Of a DNA stretch of 64,000 bases, positions 39,683-53,199 are shown piece by piece (position 1 is the stretch's first letter; every line of letters begins with the position of its first letter). The stretch comes from Octopus sinensis (Eukaryota): positions 145,886,001 to 145,950,000 of the forward strand of contig NC_042998.1 of the NCBI RefSeq assembly GCF_006345805.1, in the 5' to 3' direction. The position numbers and the translations under genes are program-made. The notes below the pieces were generated by a model, which was not told the origin of the DNA, did not search any database, and saw only the letters and a program-made list of their open reading frames with translations.

Positions 39683-40510
39683 TAATTCTTTATTTATTGG
39701 CCATCAGAGCCGAACACAGAATATAGAGGACGATACACAGACGAGGGACAGTGAGGTTAAACGTGTAAACAAAGAAATTATATCAACGATATACTTTCCC
39801 AATAGGGGTGAGCTCCACCGCAAAGTGACCAAAGAAACTTCTCACACTTTGGACCTCTTAACACTAACGGCTCCTCGGGAAGACACCCTCTCTTCTCCCT
39901 TCCATCAGGCCTACAGGCGCACACTTAGAGAAGGCCCATTCACGCGGGCCATTCTTGTTACATTCAACCACCTTTCAACGAATTTACTGGGTAACAGTAC
40001 CTCCCTCTCCAGCCTCACCTTCCTTTTAAGGTGGAACCTGAAAAAGTCAATAAGGACTTGGCCAAAGAGGAAGGTACCCGTCTTCAACCTTTTCAATTGC
40101 GTCCACCACACAACTTTTTTTGCTATAGCCACTAGACAGAGAAAAATTGCCCTCCCTTCCCGGCCAAAGAAAGGAGGCAGGGCGATCTTCACAACGGACT
40201 CGGACGGTAGCCAGATATGTGTCATAACGTGACAATAGCTGTTCAATAAAGCTCCACAAGTCAGCAATGCGCGGACACTGTACGAGAGCATGCAGAACGG
40301 TTTCATCGCTCCGCGTGCATCTCGGACAAGCCCAACTGACAGCACACCCGTGCCTGTAGAACTTATCTCGAACCAGCAGCGTCCCCTGTTAGCACAGCCA
40401 GGCTAGGGATATCTGGAAGTTGTCCATAGTTCCCAGTCCGAAAGTCCTCTTGAAGAGACCAGCCAGTTGATCTCCCTCAAGGCAAAGGACCTCTCCTAGT
40501 ATGTCGTCGC
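39680..40510 (-). mobile_element. L1/Tx1-type LINE 3' fragment
   Basis: ORF2 C-terminal stretch ...SESVVK..GREGRAIFLCLVAIAKKVVWW..HLKRKVRLER..ERW; ends ggccaataaataaag + (TTA)n. Confidence 0.75.
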
Positions 40511-41205
40511 TCTAATAATGATAATGATGATAATAATAGTTCAGTACAAATGACTAAAGAAAATACAAATATAACATTACAAAAAACAAGAAGTTATTTG
40601 TGTTATACTGAAGAAACACAAAGGTGAAAGATAAAAGAAAATCACAAATTAGATCCCATCAGATGATTGGATAATGAATAAAGCAGAGGAAAAGGGTTTA
40701 TTTAGTTATCAAAATTCAGACACACACGTGGAGAGGGAATATTGTTTGACTTGTCTAGTGCCATTTTATCTTCTTTCCTTCTTTTGTTTTACTTGTTTCA
40801 CTCATTGGACTGCGGACATGCTGGGGTGTTTCCTTGGGGGATCATGGTCGAACAAATCGACCCCAGTACACATTTTTCTTTTTAAGTCTGCTACTTTTTC
40901 TATGCTTCTCGTTTGCCGGGCCACTAAGTTATGAGGACGTTAACAAAACAAAACCGGTTGTCAAGTGGTATGAGGGACAAACACAGACACTAACATACAC
41001 ACATTCTTTTATTCTCATACTTGTTTCAGTAGTTTGATTACGGTTATACCGGAGCAATGCCTTGAAGGGTTTTAGTCGACCCCAAGACTTATTTCTTGTC
41101 TAGTACTTATTCTATCGGTTTCTTATGCCGAACCGCTACGTTACGAGGACATAAACACATAAACACATCAACACAAAGACACAGACACAGAGATATACAC
41201 ACATA

Positions 41206-41282
<77 letters not shown>

Positions 41283-41363
41283 AAGAAGAAGAAGAAGAAG
41301 AAGAAGAAGAAGAAGAAGAAGAAGAAGAAGAAGAAGAAGAAGAAGAAGATATAATAAATGCGC

Positions 41364-41714
<351 letters not shown>

Positions 41715-42107
41715 ATAATGGGCTTCTTTTAGTTTCCGTTACCAAATCCGCTCACAAAGCTTTGGTCGGCTCGAAGTTATAGTAGAAGACACTTATCCAA
41801 AGTGCCACGCAGTGGGACAGAACCCGGAACCATGTTGTTGGAAAGAAGCACATAAACCTATAAATAATAGCATGTAAATATAGGGTTGAATAGAAAAGGT
41901 CGGAGGCTGCCCGTATCATGTCTCATGTCTAGAGCAGATGCTAATTCGTGTCCCACAGGCATCCTTCGACTCTTTCTATCCAAGTGTGTTCTCCAACCCA
42001 ATATTTACATGATATTATTTATGGCTTTGTGTCCTTCATGATCCACTGTTCCAATTAAAGATTATTTCGCGTATTTTCGAAAGTTTATACATTCTTATGA
42101 CGTCAGC

Positions 42108-42146
<39 letters not shown>

Positions 42147-42194
42147 AATTGCAGCGTGGAAGATGTTTGTAGTTTTCACTTCAACATTTAAATA

Positions 42195-42225
<31 letters not shown>

Positions 42226-42281
42226 TGTATGTATGTATGTATGTATGTATGTATGTATGTATGTATGTATGTATGTATGTA

Positions 42282-43680
42282 TTGCCATATATTTTGCGAT
42301 GGTGTTCTGTATTGCATTCAGAAACTGCAGATACGGTGTTTACATCCATTATCGAACCTCTGGCAGCATATTTAATATCGGACGCTTTGCTGCAAAAACA
42401 AAGGTATTTACCTCTATCATAAGAGATCTTTTGTATGCAGATGATTGTGAGCTAGTAGCACACACACAGATTGATATGCAACACATTTTGAATGCATTCT
42501 CTGATGCTTGCACTGCCTTAGCATTGATAGTCAATCTCAAGAAAACTGTTGTCATGTACCAACCTGGCCCTGGTAAGCAGTATAGTGTACCAAATATCTA
42601 TGTGTATGGTAAACGACTTGATGTAGTTGATCAGTTTGTCTACCTGGGAATTACTATTAATAGATATAGCAATTTGGATGATGAAATTCCATATAGAATT
42701 AGGAAAGCAAGTGTTGCTTTCGGAAGGCTAGAAAAGCGCTTCTGGAGTCGGCGAGACATATGCAGAAAGACAAAGGTAAAGGTGTACAAGGCATGTGTGC
42801 TCCCTTCTCATCTCTATGCCTGCGAGACGTGGGTCACATATCGATACCACCTTAAACAACTGGAACGTTTCCATCAGATGTGTCTCAGACGGATCTATGG
42901 CATTAAGTGGAAGGACCGCATCAGTGATCTTGAAATATTGGAAGGCTCTCGGTGTGAAAGTATAGAAGCTCTTTTGTTAAAGCAAAGGCTCAGATGGAGT
43001 GGTCATCTGGTCAGGATGAAGGATACAAGGATGCCAAAACAACTCTTTTATGGAGAGTTAGCTAAAGGAGAACGACCCCCACATAAACCAAAAAAGAGGT
43101 ATAAGGACTTGCTGAAGGCTTCCTTAAGAGATGCTTGCATCTCTCCTGACACGTGGGAAGGCATAGCTATTGATCGTAGCAGGTGGAGAAGGATTGTGAA
43201 CGAGGGGACAGCTACTTTTGAGAAATCTCGAGTTGCACATGAGAAAGTAAGGAGGGACGTCAGGAAGGGCATCGCTGTTACACTTCCAGATGGGAAGGGT
43301 CTTCCTATGATGCTGACATCCAGTGTCTGTGCAAGACCCTGCCTCAATAAAGCTGGACTCAAGAGTCATCTTCGTAGTCATAAAGCGAAACAGATGAGTG
43401 ACAACCTGGCCACTGGTGGTGGTGTAACACACCATACTAATCATATCTGTCGGGCATGTGGAAGAGAGTGTAATTCGGCAGGAGGACTTAAACGACATGC
43501 AAAGGTACATGAAGCCCAGTTACAACTACAGCCGGCTATTTCCAGTAAAGGTTTTAGTTGCCAATTCTGTACAAGACATTGTAGATCTTTAGCTGGGCTA
43601 AAAAGTGACATTCGATCATAGCACCAATAACAGTTAAACTTCGTACAATGGCCATACTCGATAACGAGGGGGCAGCCATC
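42282..43680 (+). mobile_element. RTE-clade LINE, 5'-truncated, open frame retained
   Basis: LLYADD, FVYLG, RLRWSGHLVRM..PKQLFYGEL, C-terminal CxxC..H fingers; no stop over ~445 codons; (ATGT)n on both sides. Confidence 0.95.
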
Positions 43681-44889
43681 ATGTATGTATGTATGTATGT
43701 ATGTATGTATGTATGTATGTATGTATGTATGTATGTATGTATAAAATATGCTTCCACGCGGTTTCCGCCTTCCAGATTTACTCACAAAGCATTGGTCGAC
43801 TCGGGGCTATAGTAGAAGACACTTGCCCAAGGTGCCGCACTGTGGGACTAAACCCGAAAGCACGTGGCTGCAAAGTTAGCTTCTCAACCACACGGCAATG
43901 CCTGTGTCTGATGACTTTGCCACTGGCATAGTTGTAGGTTTATATATATTCTAACATTCTATTTAATATCAGTATATATAGAATTCAGATTGGCATGCGA
44001 TTGCGCATATTTGTGGAGACTTTGAAAGCGATGTTTAATTATCGTTACACAAGTGAAAAATTATGTTGTACATGGTATTTTCAAGGAAATTTACATTACT
44101 TTGTTTATTTACTCATTAATTTATGTTGGTATACCTACTCTCTTTAACTACGAATCGTCGAATGACAAAAGTAACTTTTTTTCTCTCTAAAACAGCAGTA
44201 CAATGCATAAGTTTTCAAGCAAATATGCATATTTGGGTAAAAAATATTTTAGTGATGATACAAAAGACACAATTTAGTTTAGATTAGTAATCTAAAGCAA
44301 CTTCCAAAATATGGTTTCCAAATACTAAAAAGTTACAAGCAAATTATTTTTAACGATGGACCTCGAAGTAGATAAATCTATAAATAATTGCGTATAGAAT
44401 ATTGGGTTAAAAACCCCTAGGATGGTAAAAGTCGAATGCTGTCGGTGAGACACAAAACTATAACCCAATATTCTACACACTATTAGTTATAGCTTTATCT
44501 ACTATGAGTTCCATCATTAAAAATAATTTACTTCGTATCTCTCGAAGTTTCTAAAACGATTCTAAAGAATTATATTTTGAATATTACTGAAAGCATTGCC
44601 AAAATGAAAGCCAATGTAAAAAGAAAAATAAATTTTATGAACTGAACAAGTTAAAATGAAAACTTAACATTAAACACCAAATCCATTATGACACGCACAG
44701 AAATGTGTTGGCGGAGTGAAAAGATGGGTGATTTGTGATATTCAAATAATACAAACTTTTGACGTTCAGTACATTAATGGCAGCAGTTGATTTGTAGCTG
44801 CAAATGTCTAATGGCTAAAAGTTGTTGCGATGCGCAAGGTGCCGATATTCCTATTAAAGGCGTCTATATGAACCGCAAATTTCTTTCTT

Positions 44890-45135
44890 CTAACATCTAT
44901 CTGAACAGAACAGATGCCAGGGATCTTCACCTCCTTATGTCATCCCCATAATGCGCAATCCCACTCTTTCCGCCTTACAATGTGTGCCATTTGAGCTCCT
45001 CTTCCCAGGCTCTACAATGTGTGCTTTTGAGTCCTTCTTCCAAGATCCTACAGTGTGCTTCTCTCTCTCTCCCAGTCCTGCAATGAGGTCCTCCTTCTCC
45101 AATATTTTTCTACAACATCCTTCAGTCATCACCCT
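44890..45135 (-). mobile_element. Degenerate RTE-like LINE C-terminal fragment
   Basis: Frameshifted LKW-AHIVRRKEW..W..KIPG resembles the RWAGHV.R..W..W.P..K.P.G motif. Confidence 0.4.
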
Positions 45136-46033
45136 CGTCACAACGGTTAGAAAAACACAGTCGAAAAATTATAGTTAACTTGCGAAAAAAAAGAATACAG
45201 TGAAATTGCTGCAATGAGTGAAATAACCAGTGTTTCAGACAGAGATTAGTGGGGGGGTGCAGGGATTAGTTGAGAGAAAGAAAATAAAAGAAAGACGGCA
45301 GAGTTTTCAAAATCTATTTTTGAGAAAGTGGTTGTAATTGATCTTCCTGTCAACTTTACCCTGAATAAACCTTGAACATTCCACTCTCCGCGGTAACTTC
45401 AGTGTAATCTTTCTTACTTTTTTTGTAACTAATATAAATCTTGCCCATGCAGACCACCTACCTAATTTCCTTAGATTGTTTTAACTTGGTGAATTTGTTA
45501 CAAGGTCAAATTCAAAATATTTCACGCTAAATCATGTGACAGGTCATAACATCCTACAAGCCCATGTCACTTTATACCCTCCATCTTTCGTTTCGGAAGT
45601 GACCTGACTTGCTCTCTCACTATTACTAAGTGTCCGTGTTTTTAATTGGATGAAGAAATTTTGTGTAAGTTACTTGTGGCGCCCCCAATTTTAGTATATC
45701 ATGTGATCTCCTGGTCTGTCTAGTACCAGTTTGGCATTAGATTTAAAATGAAATTAAATAAAATTTTAAATTAATGATTTGAGTAAGGAACAAGCCTCAT
45801 AACTTCTGTTGGCTCTTCGAGATGAGTACAGCGGATGCCGTTGGGTGCAACTTGAATATTTGCAAAAAGGGTAACCAAAAATATGCAAACGGACAAAATT
45901 CTAAAATTCACATCTAAAAGTGGATGTAAGGCAATAAATCTTTTCATGACTATTTCTGATGAAATACTCCGCCAATATTAATATGCATTGAAGGTATAGT
46001 ATTCACTACGTAAAACTTGTATTTTCTACATTA

Positions 46034-46300
46034 GACAAATTATTTTATACATTATACTTGTAATTTATACACTAAATAAAGTATTTTATACATTTATCAA
46101 AATTTTCAACCAGATAGTTATGAAAACTTGTAGATAAGTGTGCATACCGTGCATATTTTGTCGAGATCATAGTCCCCCATGACAAACGGATTTTATACAT
46201 TATACTTGTAATTTATTCTTTAGATGAAATATTTTATATATTTGTCAGTATTTGCAACCAAGCAGTTTGATAAGTATGCATATTGTCGAGATTATAATCC
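46034..46300 (+). repeat. Tandem duplication, ~147-bp unit
   Basis: gacaaa..ttttatacattatacttgtaatttat..gcatat..gtcgagat at 46034-46180 and 46181-46300; second copy ~27 bp shorter. Confidence 0.75.
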
Positions 46301-47721
46301 TTCATTTAACTAGATATTCCCTGAGAGAGTTCTAGTTGAGCAAGTTATATGCTCAGCGCCTGTCTTCATGTTGAATATATAATCGTCTCTAATATCTTCA
46401 ATTCAAAGTAGGATCTTAAAGTAGCCAGGTTTCTGGAAAGTTCTCACCATTCTTCCTCTTACCCACCTTCTCATGCTACCATGAACTTCATAACATTTTT
46501 ATGCAGTTTTATCCTCTATATAGCTACATTTACTTAACAAATCGATTGATCTTGTCTATTATTAAATGCAGATTTAGCACGATCTAGCAAAGCCGATCCG
46601 GAACGAACAGATTATAGGAGAAGTTTTCCTGTCGAAGATGGTGTAGATTTCAATTAGAGTGGAATCGTGGAAAGAAATCCCAATTCTGTTGGATGTTCAA
46701 AGTCTAATTACATTTTAATATTAACTCAAAAATCAAAGAATTTCAAGAAGGTAGTTACAATATATTTAGGCAAGAATGGCTATGATTATCTTCAACATAG
46801 CTTCATGAAAGGAAAGGTGAATATATAATAACTGGGTGTGTAGCGAGGTGTAGCCTATATATATTCTCTCAACACTTTACTCATCACTCTAGGTAACGTC
46901 AAAATTAACAACAGGAACAGGAACAAGAGGATTGGCAGCAACAAGAAGCTAGATGTCAGAAGACAAAACTAATAAAATTGTTACAAAATTGTCGATCCAT
47001 TCACGGATCACGTGGAATCTCAATGTTATAGGGTTTTGTACGTAACTTCCGTAACTTTAATTTCTGTACCGTTAAATAAGATGAAACAGAAATATCTCCT
47101 TATATATGACACTGTTATATAACAGTTAATTTAACCGAGGGCCTGCCACTGTTTATTCCCAATAATTAGAGGAAGTATAATATATATAATAAAATAATGT
47201 CTCTTTGCTCACAGATCATGTGATGTCAACAGTGAATTTAAACTAATAATGTAGAAGCTTCTACACAACCGTTCGAGGTGTTTAAAATAACCACTTTTGA
47301 AGACGGTAGGGTATTTGGGTGGGGCAAAATGAGATGATTTGGTTGGACTGCTTGAATGCTGAGGATTTAGCATGACTGGCTGAACATTCAACATGTTTTG
47401 GTGACAGCACACTTTGGCACTGGAGAATAACAACTCACACATTCACAAACACACACACACACGTGCACGCTAGCGCACACAGACATTTGCAAATACAAAC
47501 AGTGAGAGATAGAGTGAGAAAGACATTACATATACACACAAACATACCTAGGGGTTCACTCTCATCAAAACAGAGAGAGGTGGGAGAACAAGAAAAACAT
47601 TAAAATGCCTGATGTCAAATAAGTCAGCGTCGAATCAACAACACCAAACTGGTGGCGCCAAACGGTTGTGTCAAAATATTTCGTACCCTTGTTTGGGGTA
47701 TATTTAACTTAGGAACTTCTT

Positions 47722-47801
47722 TTTAAGACAGCAGGTTGTTATTCGAGTGATATTTGGAATACTAAGCAAATATCCCTCGAATTAGACCCTACTGTCTAAA
47801 A
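47722..47801. repeat. Small imperfect fold-back
   Basis: agacag..ttcgagtgatattt / aaatatccctcgaa..ctgtct. Confidence 0.55.
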
Positions 47802-48003
47802 ATAAAAAGGAAATGCACATCATAGCTACACTGTGTCTGGAAAAAGATGAGATTGTCACAGCTGAAAAGCTTTTGATCGTAAACTCTGTGCAATCATGGT
47901 TGCCCTGGGACCAAATAATAAAAATTACTCACACAAGTTAGCAGTCCAATACATCGGTGACTCTGTAATTTCACAAGGTGGTAATAACCTGATTAATAAT
48001 TTA

Positions 48004-48135
48004 TCTCTATTTAATAACAGCCGATATAAACGTTGGCTGGTTGGTTGGTTGGTTTCTCCAGTCAAACTTTTACATCGAATGAAAGAGAGTAGCAGAGAGA
48101 CACAGAGAAACTTAGCATAAGAGGTGCGAGACGGG
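48004..48135 (+). mobile_element. Helitron-like 5' fragment, same family as 128-330
   Basis: A|TCTCTATTTAATAAC, (GGTT)n, tttctccagt. Confidence 0.45.
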
Positions 48136-48248
48136 TGTCTTACAACTTTTCGGAGAAAAAAAATGCATATCTTTTGCGAGATTTTACTGGGGTAGGTTTT
48201 CGATGTAGTGGATTGCAATTCTATAAAAGTCAGAAAAATAATAATATA

Positions 48249-49514
48249 TCAGGTCATCTCCTAAGACCGAATTCTGAATAAAGAAAACAAGTGATCAAAT
48301 GTTATATTTAATTGAAATTTAATCATCAATGTACTTTCCCTGATTATCTATAACTGCCTTCCATCTATTTACAAGCTTTTCAATCCCATCAATGTAAAAC
48401 TCTTTTGGTTTCAAAGTGAAGAACTCTGAAATGTCAGTTTCGACCTCCTCCTGGCTTGCGAAAGTTATGTCCTCCAAATGATTCTGTAAACTACGAAACA
48501 AATAGTAGTTTGAAGGAGCAAGTTCGGGAGAATAAGGTGGATGAGGATTTTTTTCCCAACCAAGCTCTTCGATCTTCTGTGATGTGATCTTTGCAGTGTG
48601 GGGTCGCGCATTGTCCTGATGAAACATCACTCCTTTTCGATTCACTAAAGCGGGTCTTTTTTTCTTCAAAGCTTGGTTGAAACGCTCTAATTGCTGACAA
48701 TAGACTTAAGTATTGATTGTTGCATTAGGTGGTAACAATTCAAAGTGAATTACTCCTTTGCAATCCCACCAGATAGAGAGAAGAACCTTTTCCCCCATGA
48801 AGTTCCCTTTTCGGTTGTGGTTGAGCTTTTTTCCTTTTTACTAAGCCACTGTTTACGATGTTTAACATTTCAATAGAAGATCCATTTTTCGTCACTAGTC
48901 ACAAGTCTATCCAGAAAGGGTGAAATGAGTTCACGAGAATGGAGAGAAGAGCAGATGTCAACTCGGGATTTGCGGTTGCTTTCGGACAATTCATGAGGCA
49001 TCCATTTTCCAAGTTTAGGAACCTTTCCAAGTTGTTGAAGGTGACGATAAACAGTTGTATGGTTTGAACTAAGCTTTATTGCCAATTCTTCAACTTATAA
49101 TGCAGGATTTCCTTCAAGTAATGCCTCAAGGAGCTTATCATCAAACTCAACCGGACGTCCTGTTCGATCTTCATCTTCAAGGCTGAAATCTCCACTTCTG
49201 AATTTTGCAAACCATCTTCTGCAAGTTCTTTCATTCAAGCATTCTTTCCCATAAACTGAGTGTATGTTTCGAGTCGCTTCGGCTACAGAATTTCCATTAT
49301 GTGCCTCAAATGCTCTTTGGATACTTTCATGTTAGAAAGAGTTTTAATCAAAGAAATTTTAATTCTATTATTCTATAAAATAATATTTAATTAGTTTAAA
49401 TGTACACAAATGCATAAAAATAATTTTTAATTCCATTAGACATTATAAAATACTATTAAATTTCATTCAATTTTAGAAAAGGTAAAATCGAACAGAACTT
49501 ATGAGATGACCTGA
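48249..49514 (-). mobile_element. Full-length mariner (1266 bp), inactive
   Basis: TIRs TCAGGTCATCTC(C/A)TAAG with TA duplications at 48247-48 and 49515-16; WMPHEL, TSDEKW, HQDNARPH, HPPYSPELAPSNY (third catalytic D replaced by N); frameshifts. Confidence 0.95.
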
Positions 49515-50671
49515 TACTAAATCTATAAGTTAGAAATGTGTATTATTTAATTTTATTTTAATGTGATAAATATTTTTCTTTCAGAAATTAATATTCATTT
49601 CATTATTTTGTATAAGCACTAATAAATTTGATAAAATTTAAATTATAATTATTGTATGCATGCCGTATTCCCTGCTATTACTCTTGGTGGTAAAAGTATA
49701 CTTCCAAAGTTACCTGTCATACGACTCACTAGTGTATTCCATAAAGAATAAACAAGAATTCCATCATTCCGTTTTGGTTTATGGTTGAATGACACCAGTG
49801 ACATTTCTGGTAACGGCATCAATGTCGATACGTGCCAATTCCTTTTGTTTGACAATTTAGAATTTCGTTTAGAACTTGAGGTTTCGAATTGAGCATAAGA
49901 TAAATAGAAAAATCAATATTCAAAATATATCATATCTTACTTAAGTGCTAAAGACGAAGTTCGCTTTGTAAACACATGGTTTCGGATTCACTCCCACTGC
50001 GCAAACCCTTGGGCAAGTGTCATCTACTATAGCCCCTACCTTGTGAGTGAATTTGGTAGACGGAGACTGTGTGGAAGCTCATCATATACGTGTGTGGGTG
50101 CATGTGTGTGTACAGATGTATGTATGAATGTATGCATGTATGTATATATGTATGCATGTGTGTGTATGTATGTCTTTGTTTGTGTCGCCCATCAACGCTT
50201 GACAACCAGTGTTTCTTTCTAAGTCACTGTAACTTAGCTGACCGTTAGTAACAAATTTTTTAAAATTGCGGCCCCAGTATGGCCGCAGTCTAATGACTAA
50301 AACAAGTCATAACATAAAAGGTTTCAGCAACAAATTAAAAGACCGGAAATAAATAACTAACTAAATACATCACCACAACCACCAACGCCACCAGCAACAA
50401 CAACAATAAAAACATATTCTACATTTTTTTTTTTTTGTGTGAAGCTAAGATAGAGTTCCATAAAAACAAAACGACGCAGAAGTAATTAATCTTTTAAAGA
50501 ATTGACGGTAATTTTTAAGACTGAAATCGTTTGCAGCACGATTTCGGTTGGTGGAACTTCCTTGAGAAAACTGTGAGACAATATTGGAAGTATTCTATGT
50601 TTAATTGAAATGAAATCAATCTGATGATAGCGGCGATGGTAATGTTGATGGTAATTATTAAAACACTAACG

Positions 50672-50723
<52 letters not shown>

Positions 50724-50896
50724 CAACAACATCAACGACGACGACGATGATGATGATGATTTAATAAATGTTTTCATTAAATTAGAACGGAAGTGGGTGA
50801 GGAAACTTTTTGGTTTTTGAGTCCTCTTTCTTTACTTGTTCTAATGAGATATTAAAACAAAACTATATACATATATATATATATAATATATATATA

Positions 50897-50937
<41 letters not shown>

Positions 50938-51016
50938 TGTACATATGGATGTATATATATTTATGTGTGTGTGTGTGTGTGTGAGTATATGTGCACATAT
51001 GGATATATATATATAT

Positions 51017-51071
<55 letters not shown>

Positions 51072-52087
51072 TGTAATTTCTGCTTTAAATGCATAACTTT
51101 CTGATTTCTGTGTATATGCATAACATCTTTATGCACATACAAATGTATGTATGTGTGTGTGTAATACAATTCCTTACATTTTGTAAATGATTTCGGCAAT
51201 CGCGATGAGCACAGTGATGTGTTCATGATGTAATAATGCAGTAGTCATATAAGTAGTAGTATTAAGAATGATGATAATCATTGATAATAATGATAATAAC
51301 TAATTATTATTATAATAATAATAATAGTAACAACAACAATAGCAAGAATGAATATAAGTAGTGGTGGTTGTGATGGTGACGATGATGACGCCGATGATAA
51401 TGCTTATGAAAAAGAGGGGATGATGATAATGATGAGGAGGAAAAGGAGGAGGACGAAGCCAACGACGACGACGAGAAGGAGGGTGGTGATGACGATGATG
51501 ATGATTTAATAATAAAAGATAATTGTAATAGTATGTTAAATCTATATTATTAAGTTAGAAGTGACAACGGAAAGAAGTAATGACGGCTGCAGTTTGAAGA
51601 TAATAGTGATGGAGGAGAACTGTGTGTGTAGGAACGGTATATATATACGCATATATGTATATGTGTGTCATTGTGTGTAGGTATGAATGTATATGTGCGT
51701 ATGTGAGTATGTATACATGTATGTACATCTATGTATGTATTGATGTATGGATGAATGAGTACATATATGCATGTATGTATATATTGGTGTGCATATACAT
51801 GTATAAATATGTGTGCATAAATGTAGATAAATGATTCTATATGTATATGCATGCATACATGCATACATGCATACATACATACATACATACATACATACAT
51901 ACATACATACATACATACATACATACATACATACATTCATATATACATATTGATATTGATATTTATATTGAAATGTGTTTCAATATGAGGGAGGTTGTAT
52001 AGAAAGTAAAAATGTGAAAGGAGATGAAAGGAAAGCTGGGATAAAGAGAAAATGACGGAGAGAAAAAGAACGCAGCCAAAAGAGAGT

Positions 52088-52120
<33 letters not shown>

Positions 52121-52307
52121 GATAGGAAAGGGAGAGTTAGATTATAAGAGCTGAAAGAATGCGAGACAAAGCAAGATAGAAGAAACAGAAAAAGTGTTTA
52201 AAGTTGAAAGAAATACAGAAAATTGGTGGGTGCTGCAGATGAGAATGAAAAAAAATTACGTCACCTAAATATAGAGACGACACATAAGGAATAAATATAT
52301 ATATTTA

Positions 52308-52354
<47 letters not shown>

Positions 52355-52356
<2 letters not shown>

Positions 52357-52575
52357 TGCTCCATTGGGTGCTTGGAGCTAAGAATATGACTCGAAAAGCG
52401 GCCTGCAACCTCTGCACCAGGCAAGCAACTAAAAGTCAAGAAAACACCAGTTCTGCGGTTGGCAAGCTGGAATGTCAGGACCATGTGTCCTGGAATATCT
52501 GATGATCTTCTCAGGATTGAAGACACAAGGAAAACGGCCATCATTGACCGTGAACTAAAGAGGCTCAACATAGAT
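52355..52575 (+). mobile_element. RTE LINE 5' fragment (UTR + start of APE domain)
   Basis: LRLASWNVRTM..RKTAIIDRELKRLNID; bounded by (TA)n on both sides. Confidence 0.85.
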
Positions 52576-52768
52576 ATATATATATTGTATATTCCTTATG
52601 TATCGCTTCTATGTCCATATGTGTGTGTACTCCTTGTATATCGTTTCTACGTCCATATATATATATATATATATATATTGTTAATCTAAACATGAAAACA
52701 CAACAACACGAGGACGTGGAACAAGTATAGTGTTATTGGACGTTCAGGAAAGGAAAGAAAGAAGGAGG

Positions 52769-52803
52769 ATTTAACGTTTCGAGCAGTGCTCTTCGTCAGA
52801 AAC
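52769..52803 (-). ncRNA. Minimal PLE-type hammerhead motif
   Basis: GUUU-CUGACGA-A-GAGC(ACU)GCUC-GAAA-CGU-U-AAAU: intact core, 4-bp stem II, palindromic ACGU stem III, 4-bp stem I. Confidence 0.65.
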
Positions 52804-53091
52804 ATAGAAAAAGGAAAGATACACACGCGGTCACATATTGAATGACCGGAAGGGAATGGGTGAAGAAAAAGTTCTTTCAAAGACAAGAGAAGGAGGTATG
52901 TGTGTGTGTATGTGTGTGCGTGTGTGCGTGCGCGCATGTCTGTGTGTGTGTGTACGTGTGTGTGTGTAACGATAGCACGTGTGTCTGTGTGTGTGTGGTT
53001 GGGTTTAGTATCGTTTAAGGTCATAGGAAGAATTTATAGTAGGAGTGGCTCCTGTTGTATCTCTACCTACACACACACACACACACACACA

Positions 53092-53188
<97 letters not shown>

Positions 53189-53199
53189 ATGCTTCTAGT

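Noticed and set aside
42206-42281. N-terminal MYVCMYV... of the 471-aa ORF as a host gene
   Set aside because: It is translated (TGTA)n fused to an RTE; not a cellular gene.
44395-44475. 15-bp perfect inverted repeat around a 51-nt spacer, considered as a ribozyme
   Set aside because: No intact hammerhead or other core could be fitted; most likely a small MITE remnant (related text at ~1150-1185).
45300-45480. Weak GIY-YIG-like traces on the minus strand (also ~46310-46440 and ~540-630)
   Set aside because: Suggestive of PLE decay but too degenerate to call by eye.
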